64,000 bases of DNA from Mytilus trossulus. Lineage: Eukaryota. Location: contig NW_026963312.1 in the NCBI RefSeq assembly GCF_036588685.1, forward strand, positions 372,001 through 436,000, in the 5' to 3' direction. Made by a program: the position numbers and the translations under genes. A model generated the notes under the pieces. That model worked only from the letters and a program-made list of their open reading frames with translations. It did not search any database and was not told the origin of the DNA. Below, one piece after another: positions 1 to 11,400 of the stretch; position 1 is the stretch's first letter; each line of letters opens with the position of its first letter.

Positions 1-1595
1 TATCTTTTAGGTCAAAGTAATGTTTCTCCATTCTTTTATCAGAATTTTGTAAGAATTATAATTCATGAAAATTTTTATTGTGTTGTGGTCAGCGTCTTTA
101 AAAAAAAGTGCCTGTCATGCCCCATGCCTTTATTTCAGGAACATCCTTAATGGAACTTCCATTAAATTTAGACTTTAATTTTAAGCATCTCTTCTAATGA
201 TATTCTATGTAATTATTCATGTTCAGGAACATGAGGAAGTGCACATATACTTTTCATAACTACCAGTTGAGAAAATGTTTGTCATTTGGAAAATTTGGTG
301 TTATTGGCAGATCGTCAAAGTCTGTAAAATTTATTCACAACTTTTTGTATTATACATGCAAAAGGTAAAATAAATATTCAAAACACCACTTTAACAGAAA
401 ATTGAATCTACTTTCACTACAATGAAAGCAATTATTGTTTAAAGAAATTAAATTTGACATGTAAAATAAAAGATTTAAGTATTTTTGACATTGGGTCCAT
501 GATAAATATGTTAATCATCTATAAGCCTAATTTATTTTTCTATAGACCTTACATGCTTTTACTTTTTATATCACTGAAATTAGTGGGTTTGTTGGTGTAA
601 AACAACAAGTTCAGTTACCTCGGTTGTAACATGGCTGCCTGTATTTAAAAAATGGAGGAAACCAGAGTACTATCAGAGAACCATAGGCTTCAGCAGGAAA
701 ACTTGTAATCCTTGTCAATAAAGATCTGAGGCAAACACATCTTGCCACAAAAAGAGTTCAAACTCACAACCTCAGAGTTGATCACTGCAAATGAACTACT
801 TACACCACTTGACCACAGTTGACCTCTGGTGAAATTTGTGATGAATAATACTTCTAGTTTGCACTTTGTAAATACAGCTGTTTCACAAACCACGCCTCTT
901 TTGGGGAGATATATAAAATTCATATATAAATTGTTTTGTTTATGTACTGGTTCCCACATATGATCTCCATGTTCATCTCATAGAGACATAACTTGGGATT
1001 GTTACCAGTATAAATAAAAAAATATTGCGGCAGCCTTGAATTCTGAGGGAGACCAAAAGTTAAGGTAGGGGTAGTATATGTAGTACAGAACTTAAGTACA
1101 AGTTTAAACTCTTAGACGTTCGGGGCATATAAATGTTGAAAATATGCCGCACAGCCCTATATTTTGACCTTTGAAAAAAATAGTAGTGCATATGAGCTTT
1201 CAATGATTCTAGGATATAAATTTTTTCGAAACTTCATAGTAAAAGTGGTACAGTTTTAGCCGTAAAAGGAGTTCCTATGGGAATTTGCATTGTCTATACA
1301 GAAACGCAACCTCTAGAAGATTCGATAGGCATTTGCTTCAGGTTCATTGTGACTTTCACGCTATATTTTCTTTTTCAAAAAGCTCATTTTTAGTTGCATA
1401 TAGGTGCAGTAGATGCTATCTAGCTATATATACAGTGTGTTTTTGATATTTACATTGAATACAAGAAGTGAGTTATTGTTCGACATGTTGACGACAGACA
1501 GACCGACAACAGTATACCATAATACGTCCCGAAAACGGGCGTATAATGATAAATCGATTCATATTAATTACTCTTTGTATTTGAAGACATTTTAC

Positions 1596-4500
1596 CTCTT
1601 TGATGTAGTAAACTTTACAACCAAGAAATGTTCCCATTCTAACCACAGCTCTCACAGCAGAATTCATACCTGTAAAACAAATTATAGTTGATTATCTATA
1701 AGACTATATGTATGTGATATACATGCATACATTTATTCAACCTAATAGGACCTTATTAATTAGGGTGAATGAGAAATCTTAATTTTTCTTTTATCTAAAT
1801 ATACAAAAATGTACATATGACATATGTTGCAAAAGAAATTTATTATAAAAAAGTTATATATATGTTGCATAACTGCTAAACTTTCCTTTCATATTTATAT
1901 TTATTTCATATCACTAACAACACTAAAATCAGTCACTATCCTTCTTGTAGTTTACAGAAATTATGACCTTTAAAGTTTTACAGAGGCAGATGAATGTCCA
2001 TTAAAACATGTTAAATTTGGTTTTGGCATTAGAAAAATACATTAATGTGGAAAGTATTTGACAAAGATATCCAAACGGTAATTACAACCTTTAGAATCTA
2101 TTATTCATGTCAAAAAGTTTTTAAGGTTTGTTACTCATAATTGTGAGAGTAATTTCCATCACATATGCATAGAGTCTGAAAATTACAAGCCAACAAAAAA
2201 TAAATGTTTACATAAATGTTATATCAACATTCTGTTTGTGTGTATATATATATATATACATACTAAAAATAGAATAATTTATTTGATATTTCTATGTTAT
2301 CTATATATATCTATATATATATATATATCATTTCATTCTGGTATCACCTAAGTTGACCCAATATACAGTGTATCTAAATATTATTAATAATGATCATGAG
2401 AAGAATGCAATTAGTGCTACCTATAACAATTAGCATCAATATTAATTAACCTGTCAGATTATAGATAGAAATAAGGAGATATGGTATGAGTGCCAATGAG
2501 ACAACCCTCCATCCGAGTTACCAAGTTACAATGTGTAACAAGTAAAACAATTATTGTTCAATTAACTGCGTTCAACACTGAGACTTGACTCACACTGAAC
2601 AGCAAGCTACAATGTATAAAGGGCCCCAAAATGACTATTATTATTAAACAATTCAAACAGGATAACCAATAGTTAATCTATTAATGGATTAATAATTGCA
2701 TGTATTGTACTATATTTACAGAGAAGTTCAACAATAATATTCCATTCCATTCCTCAACACATATGAGTTATGACTAATATACTTAAGATCAATTCTATTT
2801 TTTTCTGGGATATTAAAATCCATAAAATATTTTTATCTAAATCAACATAATTTACATAAAATGCATTAGTTAGCATTGTTAGTGTTAGTCATGTATGTTT
2901 TGTAATATTAGTTCTGACATTTATATGTTTTGGAGTTAAGTACATGAAGTATGACCTCAATTTTCCCTGAAGTTAACTAATACGCAATTTTATTATGGGG
3001 CCAGCTGAGCCCTACCTCTGAATGCCAGATTTTCTCGCTGCTTTAAATTTCAGCGGTTTTGACATGTGGTAGTCTTTTTGACATATTTCCAATTTCAATT
3101 TTATATATCTTTAAAGTACAAAATATATCAGGCCATTCATTAGGCCACGTTTTTTTAATTTGTTGGTTTACGGATTTTCTCCATAAAAAAGTTGGGTCGG
3201 TCGGTCGGAAAAAAAGAAGAAAAAAAGATCTTTCAAGACAGAAAACTGATATGCAAAATAAAAATATATTTCACCTTTCTAATTTGTTTGTCATACAATT
3301 TTTTCATTTTTCTTAAATTTTAGTTTGATGAAATATAATTGCTCAGCTGTAAACATCGCATGACATTGTCTAATAATTTCCCCTAAAAAAAGGGGGGGGT
3401 ACACTGACAAAGACGAAATTAAATCGTCATTTCACAAACAAGAAAAACAGATTCACGTCAGTTATTTGACTTAGCTTTTAATCAAAACTTGGTGAAAACT
3501 GATAAAGAAAAAAAAAGTAAAAACGTCGTACGAAAATAAGTTTCAACACACGTGTCAAAAACGTAATAGACTCGTCCACTGGAAAAACGAGAATATCAGG
3601 TTAAATAATCTGTTGTCATGCATTCCCGTTTTTTTATCCAAATGGACGATATTTTTTTATTATCTTTAAAACAAGAAAATATCAAATGATTTGTTAAAAT
3701 TCAGTATTTTAACTTGATGTCTTGAACTACCACCTGTCCACATTTGGACAAATCTATTTATATGAGAACATGCATCTTGCGGACTGGTGACAAATAAGGG
3801 AAACGAACTTATTGTTTAATTGGTTTTAAACACAGGTTTCGTTCCGCAAAATTATTTGCGCAAACGACATTTCAAGGTCATTAATAATTGATTTGTCTAT
3901 TTTTAGAAACGTAAACTGAAAGTTTCATTTTTCACACCAGAAAGTGTCACAACTTCTGTTAGTGATTAATGCATTTCATTATATGAAAAAGGATATTTAA
4001 TTATTTTTCATAGATTTTTTCCTCAAAATTTGATCGTTTGAAAATTTATTTTCAGAAATGAAAAAAAAAGTTCTAGGGTCAGGGGGTCTAAACTAGGGTC
4101 GGTCTGGTAACTGGAACCACACACATATTTTTATTTGGACTTAGGAGTTGGTACCCGGTTCTTTTACCCTCCTATGCTACTGATAAGTACCGCCTGAATT
4201 CAGGAATTTTTTATATAAGACTTTCATTGACTATATTGAAAAGTACCACCTACAAGTAGGAATGTACCAGTTAACATGAAAGATAATGAAACCCCTAATA
4301 TATCTAGATGATGCTACAGGTTAAATCCTTTCGAATGTATTCAGAGTAATTTGATATTTAATAAAACAAATTTGTGTCTGTTTGTTATGACACATGTGAT
4401 GAACCTTGAGAAGAAGAAAAAAGTGGTTCCAAAATGCATGTGCCTCAATTTTTAGTGCATGGGCTAATCAACATTTTATTCTAAATGGCTTGGACAAGCT

Positions 4501-7500
4501 GATATTTTCATGCATGCATTAATATTAGTAGAGTAAACAAAAAGATACATGTACCTTTTATTTTAATGGCATACAAGATTGGAATATGTTGCCAAATAAT
4601 GTTTAAAAAATAAAGAAAATAAAGGATTTCAAAATTAGCGTCAAAGAGTACTTGACCAAAATTTATAGTGCGGCTTCATCAGACTCATTTTTATATTATT
4701 AAACTTATTTTTTATTTAAATTATCATTATATAAAATTTTATATGAAGTTTTTATGTCATATTAATTTGTGTGTTATTTTTTTTGTATGTCGAAACTATA
4801 AGCCGTTTACATGAAGGGACTCCATTGGGAACAAGCTTTAGAGCTTTCATGGGTTATCCCTGATAAAATATCAGCAAACTTTTTCCATGCACTTTTAAAA
4901 GGATACTACACTCATAAAATTTGTAAGGATTCCGCGGAACCCAGAGTCTCGCCTACTATTGCTGTAAATCACAGGCTCAACAAAAATGAGGAAAAAAATC
5001 AATAAAAATATTCCTCTTGATACTATCTTTTGATTGTAAGAAGCTTCGAATTCTGTCCAAGTTTGGTAAAAATCTAGGATAGTTAATGAATCTAATAAAT
5101 GTTTTGAAAACTTCAACTGCAGACTGTATGCAATGTTAACTGGAAGAAAATCTAAGTCCAAATTTATTTCTGCATACTATCTTATGATCATAAATAAGCT
5201 ACTGTCCAAGTTTGGTACAAACCCAGGATAGTTTAAGAAAGTAAACTTTAACCACAGAGTGAATGTAATGTTTCCCCGCAGAAAAACTAAGTCCATTTAA
5301 AAGTAAATACGGAAAAAATGGATTTATTTTTTCACAAAATTTACTTCTAAATACTATCTTATGATCATAAGCAAGCTTCTGTCCAAGTTTTGTACAAACC
5401 CAGGATAGTTTAAGAAAGTTATTAAAATTCTAAAAACTTTAACCACAGAGTGAATGTAATGTTTCCCCGCAGAAAAAACTAAGTCCATTTATAAGTAAAA
5501 TACGGAAAAAATAGAATTTTATTTTTACAAAAATTTACTACTGGATACTATCTTATGATCATAAACAAGCTTCTGTCCAAGTTTGGTACAAACCAAGGAT
5601 AGTTTAAGAAAGTTATTAAAATTCTAAAAACTTTAACCACAGAGTGAATGTAATGTTTCCCTGCAGAAAAAACTAAGTCCATTTATAAGTAAAATACGGA
5701 AAAATGGAATTTTATTTTTTCAAAATTTACTTCTGGATACTATCTTATGATCATAAACAAGCTTCTGTCCAAGTTTGGTAGAAATCCAGTATAGTTTAAG
5801 AAAGTTATTAAAATTTCAAAAACTTTAACCACAGAGTGAATATTTGTGGACGCCGCCGCCGACGACAGAAAGTAGGATCGCTTAGTCTCCCTTTTTCGAC
5901 TAAAGTCGAGGGCTCGACAAAAATGACATTAAATTTTACAAAGTATCAGGGGTGTGGAAATATTTGTTGTGAGCACTTGTCCCCGGGCAAGTGAAACCTA
6001 ACATTTTACTTGTCCGGAAAAATATTTACTTGCCCTGATGATCTCAATAAATATTGAAGTATTTCTTGTTAGCTAATATATGATTCTTACTCTGCACTGT
6101 TGTGCATCATCCATTTGTTTATATGTGTAAAAAAAATAGGAAAGTAGGAAATGGGTTAACATCAATGGGACAGAAACCTAACAGCAAACCAACCAATGAA
6201 ATGACATGTAAGCAGTTTTGATAAAAATTGTAGCCAGTAGGTACATATACTAAATTTGAGGAGAGTGACTGATAATTTGAAGAAATGTAAACTATAAATA
6301 ATAGATAAAACTATTGATTTTGTGGTGTTTCTCTCAACTGACACACTTGTTTTTTTCTTGATTATTCATTATTGTCTTGATGGGCAATTAAAGCGTCCCT
6401 TCTTTTTACCACTTTGACAACAAATAATGTTGACCTTTCATCTATTATAAATAAGACAAAAACTTAATTTATTTTCCGAATTTCCATAGATAGCCAGGGG
6501 CAATCTGATATCCACGATGTCTGAAATTCTCGCTTCCGTTTTTATTATTTAAATACTCTGTGTCCTGCATTTAAGGTTTTCTACTCGACTCATGACTCTT
6601 TTTGTCTTGCTTGCCCAGCTTTTTATTTAGTATTTATCAATCTGAATCTCAATACAAAATTAAAAGAAATGACACTTCCGGCAAATGACGGATAAAACCT
6701 AATCGACGATCCCGGGTCAATGGACAAAGCCAATGCAATGTTACGCGACTGGGGTTCGCATACTTATTTTTATTTATTTTGGTAATCGATCTATTTCCGG
6801 TATCATGTAATATTTATCGTCATGAACATTGATGTTTTTACTTGCTGAACATTGGTTTCTCTTACATAAATTAAACATCTCTATACGTTTTGAAATTAAT
6901 TTTATGTTTTTGTTGGATTTGAACTTTGTCTTGTGTATTTTTTTACTTGTCCACGGGCAACCAAGACAAAAATAATTACTTGTCCGGTTGTTCAAATGTA
7001 CGAGTCGGGCGAGTCGGGCATAGCATTTCCACACCCCTGAGTATGTGTTAGTATTGTCTTAATGTATCGTATATATTGTGTATTGTAATAATTCATATGC
7101 TTAATATTTTATTGAATAAAATATTATTATAATTATTATTGAAGGTATCACACAGAGAAAACAAAATTTAAAATAGCCTTTCAAAACATCATAATGATAG
7201 ACATGATAGATGTACATGTAATTATTTGAATGAGTTAGTAGCAAGAGACATAAAGTCATTACATATATTTTTATTTTTTTTTAAATAATGGATGATACAT
7301 GTACAAGAACAACTAAATTTAAGGTCAGTGTGGGATTCCATGCTGTAGAATTATTTTTTATATAGTTTTCCAGATACTGTGTATCGATCAATGTTGGAAT
7401 TTGCGCTATTCAGCTCACCTGGAAAACTAATTTAGATATCAGTGTCTGAAAACTATGATAAATAATCCAATAACCAACTTCGACAAAGCAAGGCCCCCAT

Positions 7501-8033
7501 AGTACCCTTTCCAGTTTATACTCCGGTATGAACACCAGAGCCAGAGATGTGTGTGGGACGATGAATATCACACTTCTAGTTCTAATGTACTGAAATTTCC
7601 AGCACCCTGAGTCAGAATCAAATGAAGGACGCTAGCACTGTAGCCTGCCATCTGTCTTAAAAACCAAACAACCAACCCACACAAAGAAGTGCTCCTAATA
7701 TAGGAGGAACCAGTTACCTACATCTTTACTTTAAAACAGTAAACTAGCATTAATTTAAATATAAATAGACAAATTTTGTTCTTTAAATTCTTTTGCAAAG
7801 TAGATCTTCTATATCAAATGACATGCTTGCAAATGTCATGAATGTCACTGAATAGTGTAATAACTAAACGTGCACATTTGCGACTTATTTTTACCCTGTG
7901 AATCGCCCCCGCTCGTAAAAACTCCGAGGGATTTGCCAGTTGCAGATCCAGCATCAAGTTCCTGTCCTTCTCTTCCAGTTTGGATCCAAATACTGTCTTT
8001 CCTTAAAAGATGCTCTCTGCTATGGTCTACCAT
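1596..8033 (-). CDS. PFK: ATP-dependent 6-phosphofructokinase, 5' part (coding exons 7895-8033 and 1596-1669; gene continues off the left edge)
   Basis: Splicing gives MVDHSREHLLRKDSIW...GKSLGVFTSGGDSQG|MNSAVRAVVRMGTFLGCKVYYIKE, the eukaryotic PFK N-terminal motif. GT donors at 7894-7893 and 1595-1594, AG acceptor at 1671-1670, phases compatible. The next exon (GYQG...) was not found in 1-1595. Confidence 0.93.
3143..4140. mobile_element. Non-autonomous DNA transposon with TTA TSD (PIF/Harbinger- or Zator-like)
   Basis: GGCCAC...TTTGGAC ends flanked by TTA on both sides, subterminal GGGTCGGTC motifs; left end resembles the element at 12144. Confidence 0.6.
4921..5920 (-). mobile_element. Helentron-associated non-autonomous element (HINE/CvA-like) with internal ~190-bp tandem repeats
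   Basis: Repeated AAGCTTCTGTCCAAGTTT units at about 5196, 5373, 5567, 5759; GCC/GAC microsatellite; terminal hairpin TTCGACT-AA-AGTCGA; second copy at 41747-42640. Confidence 0.75.
5947..7039. mobile_element. hAT-like non-autonomous element with 5-bp TSD
   Basis: TIR CAGGGGTGTGGAAAT / ATTTCCACACCCCTG; AGTAT at 5942-5946 and 7040-7044; repeated TTACTTGTCC subterminal motifs. Confidence 0.75.
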
Positions 8034-8099
8034 GATGAAGCTAGTGTGAAGGTGAGATTCTGTGTTGGGATACTGAATCGGCTGCAACCTTCAGCCGAT

Positions 8100-8400
8100 A
8101 TGACCTTCACCTGTTCACCGTTGGATAACTTCCGTCTGCTAAAACGAAAGAAGACGACGGACAATTTGAACCGGAAATAGAAAATCACCGGAAACAGACC
8201 GAATTACAAACCCAAATTGCCAAAATTTTACCATAGTCATTTTCACTTTCGAATTTAATAAAATAGATAATTTCTTTAAAATCATGATAGTTTTTTTAGG
8301 TGTCTTACACATATATGATAGTTAAATTTGGATTAATAAGTTTAGAACTATTTTTTTTCGTCCCTACTTTTAACCGAATTCCTCCGCTCGTTCTCTTTCT
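8100..8400. promoter_or_regulatory. Bidirectional promoter shared by PFK and RPL19, with ETS/GABP-type CCGGAA sites and the RPL19 TCT/5'TOP initiator
   Basis: Divergent ATGs at 8033 (-) and 8423 (+). CCGGAA at 8171 and 8188. Pyrimidine tract TTCTCTTTCTC at 8391-8401, about 25 nt before the RPL19 ATG. Confidence 0.7.
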
Positions 8401-8422
8401 CAACAACGTGCAATCTGCAGCC

Positions 8423-11400
8423 ATGAGGTAAAAGAGAAAACACGATTTCTCTCAAATTTCCCTGTGATATAAGCAAAATATTACCTATTTATTATGATAC
8501 TATTATCCTTAATTGATTTGTTTTATAAATATGTCTCACAAGTTACTTAAATAATATTTTAATGCTTGGTTTTGTTATTTTCAAAGCCGTACTCGACGCA
8601 CATGTTCCCCCTCTTTTACATAATATCGTTGGCATTTAGTTATTACTGAATTAAGCAGTATCTTAACTTAATGCATATTATTGAAGTATCCTATGTTATA
8701 TATCGAGAAGTCGGGAATACTTGTACATGTAACATTTTTGTGCAGACGAGTCCTCAAAGTTTTGTAACACATTTTCCTATTGAATCATACGTTTAAATCT
8801 ACCCATCTGTATTTTTCTGTTAAATTAAATGCCTACAAAATTCACTTCAAGATGCAATGTGGTAAAGTCCAAGGCCTATTTTTGTGCAACATGTTTTGCC
8901 TTTTTTATACGACCGCATTTTATTTCATGTGCAGCCATGACAAAGATTCGTTATTCACTGAGTTTCGTGAAGAGACAATTTTATGGCAGTGTCTGCGCGT
9001 ACCCGCATGCGGGTACGAATAGTCAAATTGCCGTTCTAGGCTGCGCGTACCCACATCCGGTTTTCTAATAAAATGCCATCAAATCGGGAATGAAACGTGA
9101 AATATATCGATATATTATGATAATATATTTAATTTATCGATATTATGGGGATTTCGTGTAGAACGAGTGAAGAATATGAAAAAATAATATTTTCAAATTG
9201 TAATTATTAAATAATGATACATAATAAACATTTCAAAATTAAATGCACAATGATGGAAAATGAAACTGTACAGTCCCTGAAAAGAAAAAAGTAAAAGAAA
9301 ACTACTAAAATTAAAGCTTGAGTTTATAAAATTAAAGAAGCAATTAAGTAATGATATCAATTTAAATCAATTATAAAAGATTCATGTAACTAATTAAGAT
9401 TTGGAACAAATTCTACATATCAAATATGATTGTTTTGGCACAGATTTCAACCCGGCTGCACATTTCAAATGTTGCCAGCCTACGTTCACGTTTCATTATT
9501 CATTATCACTTGCTTCTTTAAACTTTATTTTTTATAAACTCAAGCTCTAATTTTATTGAGTAGTTTTATATATTTTAAAATTTTAGTTTCTGTTTTACAT
9601 TTTACTAAAAGATCATTTTAAAATACCATATGGGTATATTTTTAATTTATAAAAAAAATATTCTTTAAATTTGCATTAAAATTTTGTAATAGTATTAATT
9701 TCTTTCATGTTTTTCTTTTACAGGGACTTTACATTTTCATTTTCCATCATTGTGCATTTAACTTTGCAATGTTTATTATGTATCATTATTTAAAAAATAC
9801 AATTTGAAAATATTATTTTTCATGCTCTTCACTCGTTCTACACGATATCCCCATATTATCGATAATTTCCGTAGATATTTCACGTTTTATACCCGATCCG
9901 ATGGCATTTTATTAGAAAACCAGATGTGGGTACGCGCAGCCTAGAACGGCAATTTGACTATTGACACTGCCCAATTTTATTTTGCATAAGTTCTGTTCAG
10001 ATACCACCCCCCCCCCCCCCCCCCTTTTTACAGCCTTAGTTTGTTTACATTTTTTTAAAACAAATTGGGCATGATCAACAATTTGATAGAGCAAGTCTCT
10101 CAAATGAGTAACATTTTTCTGGTGTTAAAAAAAACTTTCTGAAACATGCTGAACATAATCCAATGGAAAAAAGTAATACTTCTGAATAGTAAATTGATAA
10201 AAAACCTTGAAAAATTATTAATTTTCATGGGAACAAATTTTTTCAAACTTTCGACTCGATCTTTCAAAAAAAAAAAGAGCAGAGCTTGAATTTTATTGAA
10301 AAATTTTACCATCAATCTATAGTGCAGTGGAAACCTTTTTCAAGGCCACTATTCAGTTGCTTGTGGTCAATTTGAGTGTATTTTTTAGATTATCAATCCT
10401 TTTGCTTTCAAGCTCTTCTAAAAAATATTTAATGAATGGCTATTATCTATTTTGAATTTATTGAACCATAAAACTAATTTTTGACTCTTCACATTGAATA
10501 ATCCTTTGCGGATTATGTAAAATGTGAAGAGTCAAAAATTAGTTTTATGGTTCAATAAAGTCAAAATAAATTATTGCCATTCATTATAAATAAATTTCTA
10601 TTAAAATAAGGCTCAAAGAACTTTTTATATTATTTATATTAACAATAACAACGTACACACATGTTGGCGTAAGAATACACATCGTCAGAGTGGGCGTGTC
10701 ACCATCAAAATTGACATCATTGAAAATAAAACTAATAATTTGAACCAATTAGAAGACAATAAAAACACCAAATTTATTTATTTTGAATTAAAAAGTAATC
10801 AGATTTTTTGTGGAAAATATTTTTTTGAGCCAGGTGGGGGAGGGGAAACAAACATATTTTAAATAATTGGCCCTGTCTTCCCTCACTGGCATTCAAACTC
10901 ATGTTATTGAGGATATCAAGCACAGGCACTTGTTTCTGTCAATATGGGGTTTACTATCCATACCAGTACAAAAAAAACACAAGGTAGCTAACGGGAATTT
11001 TCAATGTGATCGCTTCAACCAATATTTTATTACTTTCCCTTGCCCCTTTCACGAATAAAAGTACATCAGTCTTTCGGTAATTGAGTTATCTTTACAATGA
11101 AACAACTCTAACGTACCTTGAGAATACCCCTCAAACAGTATAACCCACTTGAGATGAGAATTATTGACCTTTTTCCAGACCATTGAATTTGGAAGGACTA
11201 AACTTCCGGTTTACTTAGGAAGTTAATAAAACTGTGCAATCCCATTGGTCACATTTTTCTGGTTTCTGGTAACTAGTATAAATAAACAGGTAACCAGATG
11301 AAATCGACCAATCAGATTGCTGTTTTATATTAACTTCCTAAGTAAACCGGAAGTTTAGTACTTCCAAATTCAATGGTCTGGAAAAAGGTCAATAATTCTC

